Positions 25,602-35,364 of a DNA stretch of 64,000 nucleotides are shown one piece after another; position 1 is the stretch's first letter, and the number at the start of each line of letters is the position of its first letter. Both the position numbers and the translations under genes were made by a program. Origin of the DNA: a bacterium (lineage in GTDB: Bacteria > UBA8248); assembly GCA_965261085.1 (NCBI GenBank), contig OZ253442.1, positions 1,952,001 through 2,016,000 of the forward strand, read 5' to 3'. Under the pieces are notes generated by a model. That model had not been told where the DNA came from, searched no databases, and was given only the letters and a program-made list of their open reading frames with translations.

Positions 25602-26552
25602 TTACGCGATGCTGTCGCGGCGGTAGTAGTCGGTGAACCAGTGGGGGTTTTCGCGGTATTCCACCTGGCCGTCGGGGTGGATGCGCGCGGTGGCGCGCCT
25701 GAGCGCGAAGCACTGGTGGTGGATCGAGATGGGCATGCCGCCCGTGTGGGTGTAGGCCACCTCGATGTGGGTGTCCATCACCGCGCCCTCGCCCTTGAAG
25801 CCCATGGGGCCGAGGCTCGTTCTCTTGCCGAGGTCGGTCAGCTCTTCTTCCAGTTTCGCGATCTCGGGGTCGGTGTTCCTGTCCCCCACCACGCGCAGGC
25901 AGGCCGCTTCCTTGGCGAGGCGCACGCAGGTGTCTTTCGTTCCGCCGATGCCGATTCCCACGATGGCAGGCTGACAGGAGAGGCCGCGCTTGAAGAACTC
26001 GCTGATGACGTCTAAGAAAAAGCGCTTGATGCCGTCGATCCCGTCCGTGGGGAAGAGCATCCGGTAGTCCCCGCCGAAAAGACCCCCCTTGTGGAAGCTC
26101 GTGAGCTCTATCCAGTCGGCGTCCGGCTCCCAGGAATAATCCACCGTGGGGGCGTGCATCCCTACGTTGTTGTTGTAGTCGTGCCGGGTGATGGGGTGCA
26201 CGCGGTTCGGACGCAGGGGCACGCGCTCGGTGGCGTCCGCCGTTGCCTGACGGACCGAGCGCTCGAGCGCCACGAAACCGCCCTCGATGGCCGCGTCGTT
26301 TCCGACTTTCGCATAGAAGCGCGGAAGCCCCGTGTCGGCGCACATGGGGCGCTGCTCGTCCACGGCGACCTTGTAGTTGTTGACGATTTCGAGAAGCACG
26401 AATTTAGACAGTTTCTCGGTCTCTCGCTCGGCCATGTCGGCGATGGAATCGCCCACGTCCTTGGGTATCCCGATGGCGGCGCGGCGGTTGAGTTCGAAGG
26501 CCACTTCTCTGATCAGTTCGCTGCTGATGGCTTGCGTTTCGACAGTCGGCAT
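25602..26552 (-). CDS. Fe-S hydro-lyase alpha subunit (class I fumarase / tartrate dehydratase type)
   Basis: PMCADTG, LRPN, CQP.IVGIGIGG, LGPMG..G and QC.A.RR motifs. Confidence 0.85.
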   Translation of the reverse strand: MPTVETQAISSELIREVAFELNRRAAIGIPKDVGDSIADMAERETEKLSKFVLLEIVNNYKVAVDEQRPMCADTGLPRFYAKVGNDAAIEGGFVALERSVRQATADATERVPLRPNRVHPITRHDYNNNVGMHAPTVDYSWEPDADWIELTSFHKGGLFGGDYRMLFPTDGIDGIKRFFLDVISEFFKRGLSCQPAIVGIGIGGTKDTCVRLAKEAACLRVVGDRNTDPEIAKLEEELTDLGKRTSLGPMGFKGEGAVMDTHIEVAYTHTGGMPISIHHQCFALRRATARIHPDGQVEYRENPHWFTDYYRRDSIA

Positions 26553-26571
26553 TTTGTTGTCCTCCCCGCGT

Positions 26572-27423
26572 TCATGCGCCGGGCGCGCGGCCCCGGAAGA
26601 TGGATGCGGCGAATTGTTTGACGCCGCCCGATACGGCGCGGCGCTTGAGGCCCTTGATGGCGCCAGTGGGGCTGATGCCCTTGGGACAGCTCTCCGTGCA
26701 GTTGTATTGCGAGTGACAGCGCCAGGCGCCGTCTTCGGTGCAAACCTCCAAAAGCCTCTTATCGCCCAGGGCGTCTCTGCTGTCGTTCACGAGCGTGTAG
26801 GCGCGATTTAACGCCGCAGGCCCCAGGTAGTCACTATCATGCCCTACAATAGAGCAAGAAGCATAGCAGATGCCACAGGTGATGCACTCGATGTGCGGCT
26901 CGATGCGCTTTCGCTCACGCGAGTTGGGCGGGATGAGCGCAGGCGCTTTCTCCGCCGCCTTCGTGGGTTCGAGCCAGCCGCGCGCTTTTTTCATTTTTTC
27001 GAAAAACGCAGACATGTCGACCACCAGATCGCTCAAGACCGGGAAATTGGTGAGCGGCTCGAGCGTCACCTCATCGCCAAGGCCTTCGAGCCGCGTCCTG
27101 CACGCCCAGGCGGGGCGTCCGTTGATTTTGAGCGCGCAGGTGCCGCACATGCCCACCCGGCAGGAGTAGCGAAACGAGAGCGTGGCGTCCTGCCCACTCT
27201 GGACGGCGACCAGGGCGTCCAGTACCGTCATGCGCGGGCCTGTTTCGACTTCGAATACATCCACGCGCTCATTCGGATCATCCGCAGCACCTCCACGGCG
27301 GATTTTCACTCGCACGCTCGGGCGCTTTTCAGGCTTTGGTTCCGGGGCCTCTTTTTCTGGAGCCGGCTCGTCTTGCGCCTGTTCTTCCTGCGCTTCTTCT
27401 CTTACTTGCGCGTCTTCGCTCAC
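26572..27423 (-). CDS. Succinate dehydrogenase / fumarate reductase-like iron-sulfur subunit
   Basis: SCRVGMCGTC...AC, CITCGICYASC and CHSQYNCTESCP motifs; GTG start overlaps the upstream stop. Confidence 0.9.
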   Translation of the reverse strand: MSEDAQVREEAQEEQAQDEPAPEKEAPEPKPEKRPSVRVKIRRGGAADDPNERVDVFEVETGPRMTVLDALVAVQSGQDATLSFRYSCRVGMCGTCALKINGRPAWACRTRLEGLGDEVTLEPLTNFPVLSDLVVDMSAFFEKMKKARGWLEPTKAAEKAPALIPPNSRERKRIEPHIECITCGICYASCSIVGHDSDYLGPAALNRAYTLVNDSRDALGDKRLLEVCTEDGAWRCHSQYNCTESCPKGISPTGAIKGLKRRAVSGGVKQFAASIFRGRAPGA

Positions 27424-27767
27424 GACATGAATCTCCAGTATTCCTTGTGCATGAAGGCCAGCCAGAAGAAAGCGGCCACGCCCACCAAGCACAGCACCCA
27501 CAAGAGTTTTCTCTGGTGGCGATCCGGAAAGCCGAAGTCGGTCAGAATCACCTTGATGCCGTGCATGGCGTGCCAGACGACGAGCGCGAGCATGGTGATT
27601 CTCACCGAATCGATGTAGGGGTTCATCACGTGGATCGGGAAGAGGACGATGAGCGCCAAGGCCGAGATTCTCTGCAGCACCCAGGACCACATGCCCGGAT
27701 ACATCGACCGCCATGCGCTGATCTTCCAGACGGATGGCTTGTTGGTGGGGTCGTTCGCGCTCGTCAT
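27420..27767 (-). CDS. SdhC-like single small membrane anchor
   Basis: GMWSWVLQRIS...H...HAMHGIK..L.D; three hydrophobic helices. Confidence 0.8.
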   Translation of the reverse strand: MTSANDPTNKPSVWKISAWRSMYPGMWSWVLQRISALALIVLFPIHVMNPYIDSVRITMLALVVWHAMHGIKVILTDFGFPDRHQRKLLWVLCLVGVAAFFWLAFMHKEYWRFMS

Positions 27768-27792
27768 CTTTTGCCTTCGCTCCGCATTGTCG

Positions 27793-29526
27793 TCAGTCGA
27801 TGAAATTGGGATCGGGCGCCCCGAGGGCGGCCGGTTCCACCTTCGGGTTCAGGCGGTTGAACGTGACGGGTTTCCGCTCGATGACCGCCGCCGTACCCTC
27901 TCGTTTCATGTAGACGTTGTAGAGGTCCTCATCCTGCGTCTCGGGGCAATCATCGCGGTAGTGGCTGCCCCGGCTCTCGTCGCGCTCGAGCGCCGAATAG
28001 GCGATGAGTTCCGCGACGCAGACCTGGTTCCTCACGTCGAGCGTGTGCTGCCAGGCGAGGTTATAGGCGCGCTCGCCCTCCGCGCGGGCGTCGGCTGCGC
28101 GTCTCTTCAAGTCCAGAAGTTTCCGGATACCGCTCTGGATGTCGGTTCCGTTTCTCCTTAGGCCCACTTTATTCCACATCGTCTCCTTGAGTTCCGCCCT
28201 GATGGGGTAGGGCGATTCGCCTTCGCCCAGCGCATCCAGCGTGTTCGCCTCCGCTGCCGCGAGCGCCTCCGCGTCATAGGGGAGGAGGGGAGAATCCGCT
28301 GCTTCCTCGGCCATCGTCTCGCCCGCTATCTCGCCGAACACCGTGGCGTTCGCCACCCCGTTTCCGCCCAGGCGGTTCGCGCCGTGCGTGCCGCCTGCGT
28401 CCTCACCCGCGGCGTAAAGCCCCACTAAATTCGTGCGGCAACTGGTGTCTATCTTCACGCCGCCCATCATGTAATGCGCGGTGGGGGTCACCTCCACGGG
28501 GCCGCTCAGGAGGTCGTAGCCCAGATCGGCGCAGCGCTCGACCATGCCCTTGAAATTCTTGCGCACGAAGGCGCGTCCCAAATGGCTCACGTCGATGAAC
28601 ACGCCGCCGCGCTCCGTGCCCCTGCCCTCGATAATTTCGGTGTAGCCCGCGCGCGAGACGACGTCGCGCGTGGCGCGCTCCATGCGCTCGGGGTCGTAGC
28701 GCTCCATGTAGCGCTCGCCCGCCGCGTTCTTGAGGTGTCCGCCCGCGCCGCGCAGGCCCTCTTCGAGCAGTGTGCCGGTTATCTGGAGACCGTCTCCCGT
28801 GAGGATGCCCGTCGGGTGGAACTGCACCATCTCCATGTCGCAAAAAGAAGCGCCCGCCTCCCAAGCGATGGCCATGCCGTCGGTGGCGAGTTCCTGCGCG
28901 CAGGCGGAGATTTTATAAAGCGTGGGGCCGCCGCCCGTGGCGAGGAGCGTGCATTTCGCGTTCACGGCGATGAACTCCCCGTTTTGGATGTCGAGCAGCA
29001 GCGCGCCCGCGACCCGCTCGGGTTCGCGCCTTGCGGGCAAAAGCGCCACCGCGCGCGCTTCTTCCAGCACGTCCACCCCGCGCCTGACGAGTTGCTCCGC
29101 GACGCGGTTTGTGAGTTCGATGCCCGTCAGATCGCCCTTGTGCACCGTGCGATCGAAACTCTGGCCAGCGAAGGCTTTCTGGTGGATAGTGCCGTCCTCG
29201 TTGCGGTCGAAAAAACAGCCGCACACGGTTTCGAGCCGCTCCACGCAGCCGGGCGCGCGGCTCACGAGCGTCCAGGCGAGTTCCTGATCGTTAATCCACG
29301 CCCCGCCCTTCAAGGTGTCGAGAAAATGGTTTTCCACCGAGTCGGTTTCGGCGAGGGCGACGTTGTAGCCGCCTTGCACCATGCGCGTGCAGCCGCTTTT
29401 CCCAAATAAACCCTTGACCGCCACGGTGATGTCTAAGGCGGGGTTTTGGGTGTGCGCGGCGAGTGCGGCCAGGAGGCCCGCCCCGCCTGAGCCTAGGATG
29501 AGGATGTCCGTCTTCATCGTGCGCAA
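27793..29526 (-). CDS. SdhA/FrdA-family flavoprotein, divergent
   Basis: GSGGAG, QGG, QFHPT, RDVVSR, HYMMGG, GANRLGGN and ESRGSHYR motifs. Confidence 0.88.
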   Translation of the reverse strand: MRTMKTDILILGSGGAGLLAALAAHTQNPALDITVAVKGLFGKSGCTRMVQGGYNVALAETDSVENHFLDTLKGGAWINDQELAWTLVSRAPGCVERLETVCGCFFDRNEDGTIHQKAFAGQSFDRTVHKGDLTGIELTNRVAEQLVRRGVDVLEEARAVALLPARREPERVAGALLLDIQNGEFIAVNAKCTLLATGGGPTLYKISACAQELATDGMAIAWEAGASFCDMEMVQFHPTGILTGDGLQITGTLLEEGLRGAGGHLKNAAGERYMERYDPERMERATRDVVSRAGYTEIIEGRGTERGGVFIDVSHLGRAFVRKNFKGMVERCADLGYDLLSGPVEVTPTAHYMMGGVKIDTSCRTNLVGLYAAGEDAGGTHGANRLGGNGVANATVFGEIAGETMAEEAADSPLLPYDAEALAAAEANTLDALGEGESPYPIRAELKETMWNKVGLRRNGTDIQSGIRKLLDLKRRAADARAEGERAYNLAWQHTLDVRNQVCVAELIAYSALERDESRGSHYRDDCPETQDEDLYNVYMKREGTAAVIERKPVTFNRLNPKVEPAALGAPDPNFID

Positions 29527-29780
29527 AGGGATGGTTCCTCAAGTGAATCGAAAGGTTATTTCCACGAAATCAGAATGCCACACCGGATGGGCGCGAACAA
29601 GCAATATCAAAAATAGGGGGACGTGAGGGAGACTGGTTGAAATTCTTTCGGGCGGGCGGCAATGCAGACCCGCTCCACAACCGAGGCCATCATGCCGGCC
29701 GAGCCGTATTTCAATTTTTGAGGATGGCGGTGGCGCAGTTACGCCTCACATTCCGGCGAAGCTACGGCGGCCGATCCGTA

Positions 29781-30464
29781 TCAAAGCTTCTCCAGGATGA
29801 TGACGCGGCGACCCTCCGTCCAGCGGCGCGCGAAGCCGAAGTGCGCCTCAACCCACGCGAAAGTCTCCAGCCGATAGAAGCAAAGATGGGTGAAATCGCG
29901 CCTATAGTGCCAGTTGTCGGCGAAGAGCGCCTCATCCCAGAACGCCGTCATGACGCCCAGGAGACCGCCCGTTTTGAGGTTTTCATATATCTGTTCGATC
30001 TCCTCCCTCGGGTGTCTCAAGTGCTCGAACGTCTCACTCGATGCGATGAAATCAAAAGGCCCCTCGGGAGTTTCCGGGAAAAAATAGGGGTCGTATGGCA
30101 GGCACTTGATTCCTGCGTCGGCGAGGAGTTCACACAAGACGGGGCGTCCATCGGATGCCGGACCTGCCCCGAAATCAAGCCCACGCGCGCCTTCGCGCAG
30201 CATTCCCGCCAGAGGGTCGCTCAACTGCTTGAGAAAGGCGACGTAGCCCTCATCGGAGCCTGAGTTCTGGTGCTGCTCGTATCTCGCCTTTTCTTGATCG
30301 GGCGCGGGCCAGTATTCAGGCGGCACGAAAATGAGGCGGCAGACGGGGCAATGCGCATAATCCCTCCCATCGGCGTGAAGATAGAGCCCGGCCTCGCTCG
30401 CCCCGCACAGGGGGCAGATTTTATTCGGCTCGTCCTTCGGGGTATGGCGTTTTGTGTCGGCCAT
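29781..30464 (-). CDS. Class I SAM-dependent methyltransferase with an N-terminal Zn ribbon
   Basis: CPLC..CPVC, RY..HQN, LDFGAGP, YDPYF, E.FEH and WHYRRD.TH motifs. Confidence 0.85.
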   Translation of the reverse strand: MADTKRHTPKDEPNKICPLCGASEAGLYLHADGRDYAHCPVCRLIFVPPEYWPAPDQEKARYEQHQNSGSDEGYVAFLKQLSDPLAGMLREGARGLDFGAGPASDGRPVLCELLADAGIKCLPYDPYFFPETPEGPFDFIASSETFEHLRHPREEIEQIYENLKTGGLLGVMTAFWDEALFADNWHYRRDFTHLCFYRLETFAWVEAHFGFARRWTEGRRVIILEKL

Positions 30465-30714
30465 TAGGAAACTCATCTCGGCGGGTGAAGGCGATGGCGA
30501 TGATGCGGGGCCTGATGGGCGGCGCGCATCGGAAGCGATTTTATCCCTCCTGTGCGCGCTCGACAATGAGGCGCATCCGGCGCGCTCCTCGCCTCGGGTC
30601 GAAATATCGCCCCTCGTATTGACACCCCCATGCGCCATCCCCTAGCTTGGGGCGCTTTCATGAGAGAGGCGCAAATCGCCGCGCTATGTTTTATGACGCC
30701 AAAGGAACACTGGC

Positions 30715-31479
30715 TTGATACTCGATAAATTTCGTCTGGACGGAAAAGTGGCCCTGGTGACGGGCGCGGGCACGGGCTTGGGCGCTGCGATGGCGCTGGG
30801 TCTGGCGGAAGCGGGCGCCGCCGTGGCCGTTTTGGGCAGGCGTGAGGGTCTGGTGGAGCAGACGGCGCGCTGTATTGAAGACTTGGGACGCCGCGCGCTC
30901 GCCATCGGGGCGGACGTCACGAGTGCAGAAGACGTGGCGCGCGCCGTAGCCCGGACGGAAGAGACACTCGGCGGGGTGGACGTTTTGATCAACGGAGCGG
31001 GCGTTATGAACGCCGACCCGAGTGTGGATGTGAGGCCTGAGGATTTCCGTTTCGTCGTCGACGTGAACCTGACGGGTGCTTTTCTGTGCGCACAGGCCGT
31101 GGGGCGGGGGATGCTCGCGCGAGGTTCCGGCAGCATCGTGAACGTGGGCACGTTCCTGGGTGAGCGGGGCCACAGACCCGCGCGCGCGGCGTATAGCGCG
31201 AGTAAATACGGCGTCCTGGGACTCACGAAAGCGCTGGCGGCGGAGTGGGGGGCGCAGGGCGTTCGCGTGAACTGCATCTGCCCGGGCGTGCACCGCACGC
31301 CGATGCTGGCGCCCGCGCTCGAAGATCCGAGCGTCGAGAAATGGCTCAAGGAAAAGACGATGCTCGGCCGCATGGGCGAGCCCGAGGACATCGTGGGCCT
31401 GGCGGTTTTTCTGGCGTCCGACGCTTCTGCGTACATTACGGGCGAGAGTATCTTTGAAGATGGAGGGGGATGGCTGTAA
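30715..31479 (+). CDS. Short-chain dehydrogenase/reductase
   Basis: TGAGTGLG and YSASK motifs. Confidence 0.9.
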   Translation: MILDKFRLDGKVALVTGAGTGLGAAMALGLAEAGAAVAVLGRREGLVEQTARCIEDLGRRALAIGADVTSAEDVARAVARTEETLGGVDVLINGAGVMNADPSVDVRPEDFRFVVDVNLTGAFLCAQAVGRGMLARGSGSIVNVGTFLGERGHRPARAAYSASKYGVLGLTKALAAEWGAQGVRVNCICPGVHRTPMLAPALEDPSVEKWLKEKTMLGRMGEPEDIVGLAVFLASDASAYITGESIFEDGGGWL

Positions 31480-31495
31480 ATCCCGATAAAAAACG

Positions 31496-32221
31496 ATGGC
31501 GGATCTCAGGGCGATTATATTCGATTTCGACGGCACCATCGCGGACAGCGAGCCGCTCCACCTGGCGGCGTTTCAGGCGGTGCTATCAGAGGAACTGGAC
31601 CTGGATTTGACGGAAGAGGAATACGCCGAGCGCTATCTCGCGTTCGACGACAGGCTCCTGTTCACCCACGTGCTGAACGATCGCGGCGTGGCGGTCGACC
31701 CCGATCGTTTCGAGCAGCTTTTAGAACAAAAAGAAGCGCGCTACCAGGAAATCGCTCTTGCGCCGCAGATTCTGCCCGGCGCCGCGGAGATGATACGCGC
31801 TGCCGCCGGCCACTGGCCCCTCGCCATCGCGAGCGGGGCGCTGGGTCACGAGGTGCGGCCCGTGCTCGAACGGGTGGGTCTGATAGATTGTTTCCCGATC
31901 ATCGTGACGGCGGAGATGGTGGGTCGCGGAAAACCGGACCCTGAGAGTTTTCTGACTGCGCTTACGCGGATAAACGAGAACTTGGCTGTGCCGGTTCCGG
32001 GCGCTTCATGTCTGGTGGTGGAGGATTCCGTCGCAGGCGTGCGCTCGGGCAATGCCGCAGGCATGAGGACGCTCGCGGTGACGACGAGCTATCCCGCCGA
32101 AAAGCTCGGTGAGGCCGACCGCGTGGTGGACTCGCTGGAGGAAACAGTGGACCCGGGTGGTCTGGCCGCCTGGTTCGCCGCTCTTCCGCCCGTCCCGTCC
32201 CAAGGCGAAGGGGAGAGGTAG
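31496..32221 (+). CDS. HAD-family phosphatase
   Basis: FDFDGT, GKPDPE and VEDS..G motifs. Confidence 0.9.
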   Translation: MADLRAIIFDFDGTIADSEPLHLAAFQAVLSEELDLDLTEEEYAERYLAFDDRLLFTHVLNDRGVAVDPDRFEQLLEQKEARYQEIALAPQILPGAAEMIRAAAGHWPLAIASGALGHEVRPVLERVGLIDCFPIIVTAEMVGRGKPDPESFLTALTRINENLAVPVPGASCLVVEDSVAGVRSGNAAGMRTLAVTTSYPAEKLGEADRVVDSLEETVDPGGLAAWFAALPPVPSQGEGER

Positions 32222-32755
32222 ATGTCCATTCTGAAAGTCGCCCGCATGGGCCACCCCGTCTTGCGCGAAAAGGCGCGCGAGTTGACGCTGCAGGAGCTTG
32301 GGAGTCCCGAACTCGCGGACCTCGTCGAGGACATGATCGAGACCATGGCCGAATACGCGGGCGTAGGCTTGGCCGCCCCGCAGGTGCACCACGGGCTCAG
32401 GGTGTTCGTCATGCAGACGGACCCGGATGATGAGGAGACGCTGCGCGTGGCGGTGAACCCCAGGCTCACGCCATTAGGCGAGGAGGGTTGGGAGGATTGG
32501 GAGGGGTGCCTCAGCATCCCCGACATTCATGGCCGCGTGCCGCGCAGCACGAGTGTGCGTCTGGAAGCTCTGGACGCGGAGGGACGCGCCTATACCGAGG
32601 AGTTGGAAGGATTCGCCGCGCGCGTCTGCCAGCATGAGTACGATCATCTCGACGGGTATATCTTCATCGACAGGATGGGGGATTTCACCACCCTTTGTTT
32701 TGGGGAGGAATATCGCAGGTATCACGCCCCGAGACCGAAGGAAGAGGCGGAGTAG
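32222..32755 (+). CDS. def: Peptide deformylase
   Basis: GVGLAAPQ, EGCLSIP and QHEYDHLDG motifs. Confidence 0.95.
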   Translation: MSILKVARMGHPVLREKARELTLQELGSPELADLVEDMIETMAEYAGVGLAAPQVHHGLRVFVMQTDPDDEETLRVAVNPRLTPLGEEGWEDWEGCLSIPDIHGRVPRSTSVRLEALDAEGRAYTEELEGFAARVCQHEYDHLDGYIFIDRMGDFTTLCFGEEYRRYHAPRPKEEAE

Positions 32756-32985
32756 ATCACTCAGGCGCACGCTCGGGCTCACACGATGTCTAGGCACAGG
32801 GCTTGTCCAAACCCGGACTTCACGCCATCACATCAAGGGAAAGGCCCGTACACAATACTAGGGTGCAAGAGCAGCATGAAGGGGGCGACGCAAATATGGC
32901 TATCACAGGAACGGCTCGTCCATAAGATCGCCGTCGCCCACTGGCGCGGATTCTAGGCTAGCTTTCAGCAGGTTTATCTTCACGC

Positions 32986-33801
32986 CTAAAAACCATAAAA
33001 CATCTTCCGAACTAAGGAAGGTACTCGAACCGAATCAGAGTCATTGCATTTCAAACACTTTTCCCATGAATTCAAATAGTCTTCAAAAGTTTCGTTTTCA
33101 TGAACATTCCAATAATTTAGATATCCACAGTCCGCCCAAAGAGAAGGAGCACTCTGGAAATGCTCCAAGAGGGCAAGGGCTACAACCACATTGCGGTCGC
33201 GAAGATAAGAATCGGCTTCCATATCCTTAAGTTTTAATGCGAACCATTCTGGTAAATGTATACTTAAAATATTATTGTATTCTTCTGGGGTCATGTATTG
33301 CAGTACAGCACTCTCACAATATATTGCGTGGTTTGGTGCAAATTCTGCTGCGCCCTTTACATTCTCAGGTGGGTTGGTTTTCCAAGATTCTGACAGCTCA
33401 TGCAAAACAAATAACGACGCCATTTCGCAAAGACTTTCCTCAAACCAACAATGGCGATGTACTTTGTTGCGATTGTAGTTCGTCATTACATGGCACAGTT
33501 TGTGCGAGAACTGATAGACGTATTGGCACCAATTCCTATTTTGAGCATTAATACGGATTTGATAAGGACAGGAATCTAAAAGGACTCTGGGTAAATCTTT
33601 CCACCAAGAGACTTCAATTCGTTCGTCAGGTAACTTACCGAAAGCACCTACAAGCGCGCAGAAGACAGACTCCAAGACAGAAGGAATTGCAACATCCAGA
33701 TACGGTTTCTCGTTTCCTTTATGGGTTAGCCAACTATCCACATCAACTATTAGATATTGCGACATTTTTTGTGCCTCCAATTTGTCTGCGTAGTTCGTCA
33801 C
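32986..33801 (-). CDS. Low-GC hypothetical protein, zincin-like with an altered HExxH (HKLCH)
   Basis: YQFSHKLCH...WFEESLCE; AT-rich composition. Confidence 0.55.
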   Translation of the reverse strand: MTNYADKLEAQKMSQYLIVDVDSWLTHKGNEKPYLDVAIPSVLESVFCALVGAFGKLPDERIEVSWWKDLPRVLLDSCPYQIRINAQNRNWCQYVYQFSHKLCHVMTNYNRNKVHRHCWFEESLCEMASLFVLHELSESWKTNPPENVKGAAEFAPNHAIYCESAVLQYMTPEEYNNILSIHLPEWFALKLKDMEADSYLRDRNVVVALALLEHFQSAPSLWADCGYLNYWNVHENETFEDYLNSWEKCLKCNDSDSVRVPSLVRKMFYGF

Positions 33802-33900
33802 TCACCCCTCCGAAGTGTGCCCTATCGGCAAGCGGCGGCGGTGCCATCAGCGGCCCATGCGCCGCCGTGCGCGGAAAAGGCAGGCCCTCCCCCCCGGTTC

Positions 33901-34206
33901 TTAGGCATTTTCCCGTTTTCTTCGCAGGTTTTCACGCCTAGCTTCTGGTATCTCATTCGCGGTGATGATCTGTTCCTGCCCAGATGGGGAAGTAATTGTG
34001 ATCTCAAACCCTTCAAGCCATCTATCATCATGATTCGGGTATTCATCAATGAGCTTCTCGATGGTTTCATAGGCTATTCTTCTCGCTTCCGTTTCAGCAA
34101 AACATTCCTTGGCGTTGAGATATTTCAGTTCGTCGACACCTAAGTTGTTAAGGTGATAATCTTCATATTTCGTGATTTTGAGTGTCCACTTCATCGCCTC
34201 GCTCAT
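33901..34206 (-). CDS. Hypothetical protein (low GC)
   Basis: AAGGAGG RBS and an open frame of ~101 aa; no recognisable motif. Confidence 0.55.
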   Translation of the reverse strand: MSEAMKWTLKITKYEDYHLNNLGVDELKYLNAKECFAETEARRIAYETIEKLIDEYPNHDDRWLEGFEITITSPSGQEQIITANEIPEARRENLRRKRENA

Positions 34207-34464
34207 CCGTCTCCCTCCTTTATCAGTGGTCGAACCATGCGACGTTATCATCCGGGCGAGATCATATCATGCCCGCCCGGCCATGTAATGAAATTGACGG
34301 CGCGCATAAAAAAATCCCTTTCCGCTTTCGGCATGGAGCATGAAGCCCTGTTTTGCCGATTTCCCCCGATGAAGGGGAGCGGGAAAAAAAATTTTCTCCC
34401 CGCCGCGTAGTCGGTTCCCTTTCCCCGCCACTCATCGAGGCCGCGCCGGATTCATCAAGCCCGC

Positions 34465-34632
34465 CGCGACCTTGCGCGCAGCGAGGGACGGCAGCTTCAG
34501 GCCCTGGTCGATGAGGCGCTGGCCGATCTGATCGAAAAACGCAGAGGGAGCAGGCCGCGCGCCCATGTGATGGCGGTATATCAGGCGAGTTACGAGAGGT
34601 TCGCGCCGCTTTACAAAAAACTCGCTGAATGA
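34465..34632 (+). pseudogene. 5'-truncated antitoxin-like gene of the type found upstream of Fic/Doc toxins
   Basis: RDLARSEGRQLQALVDEALADLIEKRRGSRPRAHVMAVYQASYERFAPLYKKLAE*, with an ATGA overlap into a broken next gene (MTGYL). Confidence 0.55.
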
Positions 34633-34644
34633 CGGGCTATTTGA

Positions 34645-34731
34645 TTCATCGACAGGATGCGCGATTTCACTTCTCTTTGCTTCGGCGAGGAATACCGCAG
34701 ATATCACGCCCCGAGGCCCAAGGCGGAGTGA
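34645..34731 (+). pseudogene. Displaced duplicate of the def 3' end
   Basis: FIDRMRDFTSLCFGEEYRRYHAPRPKAE* versus FIDRMGDFTTLCFGEEYRRYHAPRPKEEAE* at 32663-32755. Confidence 0.9.
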
Positions 34732-34922
34732 GGGGTACGGGCCTCTGTCTTGCCCTTTCGTTTGTTGAACGCGGGTTCATCCGCCGCATCCTCTACGGAT
34801 AGGAATTCCAGTTCCACGCAACAGGTGTTGCAAATGGGGCCGGACCCGAAGGTGCCCTCATCGAACACGTGTCCTTGAAACTGGTGTCGGCAGGTTGGGC
34901 AAATCCAGATGTATTGGCTCAT
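34704..34922 (-). CDS. Small Zn-ribbon-like protein
   Basis: WICPTC...ICNTCC; AGGAG RBS. Confidence 0.5.
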   Translation of the reverse strand: MSQYIWICPTCRHQFQGHVFDEGTFGSGPICNTCCVELEFLSVEDAADEPAFNKRKGKTEARTPHSALGLGA

Positions 34923-35061
34923 GCCGGTCTCCTTCGGCGGTTTTGGCTCGTGAGAGAGATATGTCGCTCTCCTATATTCTTAATATAGGTTTCGAAGCGA
35001 ACATTTCGCCACAAAAAAAGCCCGGATTATTTTCGGCGAGGTTTCAGACTGGATGAGAGGA

Positions 35062-35087
35062 CGACCCGGGCGGGTTCGCCCGGGTCG
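35062..35087 (-). terminator. Strong hairpin downstream of the tRNA (possible terminator or processing stem)
   Basis: CGACCCGGGCG-GGTT-CGCCCGGGTCG perfect 11-bp stem; no clear U-tract. Confidence 0.4.
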
Positions 35088-35107
35088 CGTATAAAGCGAA
35101 GGTATCT

Positions 35108-35194
35108 TGGTGCCCAAGGCCGGACTCGAACCGACACGGGGTTGCCCCCACTAGCCCCTCAAGCTAGCGTGTCTACCTGTTCCACCACTTGGGC
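35108..35194 (-). tRNA. tRNA-Leu(GAG)
   Basis: GCCCAAG...CTTGGGC acceptor stem plus ACCA, anticodon arm CTAGC-TTGAGGG-GCTAG, long variable arm, GGTTCGAGTCC T-arm. Confidence 0.95.
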
Positions 35195-35364
35195 ATGTGT
35201 CCCCGGATATTCCAAGCGAAACATCGGGGCATGAGGCTATATAGCGTTGCGCGCGCCGGGCTGTCAACGCCCTTTATACATGGACTTGAGCGGCGCTTCG
35301 CACCCGCGAGCCAAACCGCGTTCAGGTGTTGCGCATGGAGGCGGCCGCCCTCCCGCCGATGATG

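Noticed and set aside
35108-35194. tRNA-Leu as the attachment site of the nearby islet
   Set aside because: No duplicated tRNA 3' end or integrase was found; the islet is explained by the def 3' duplication.
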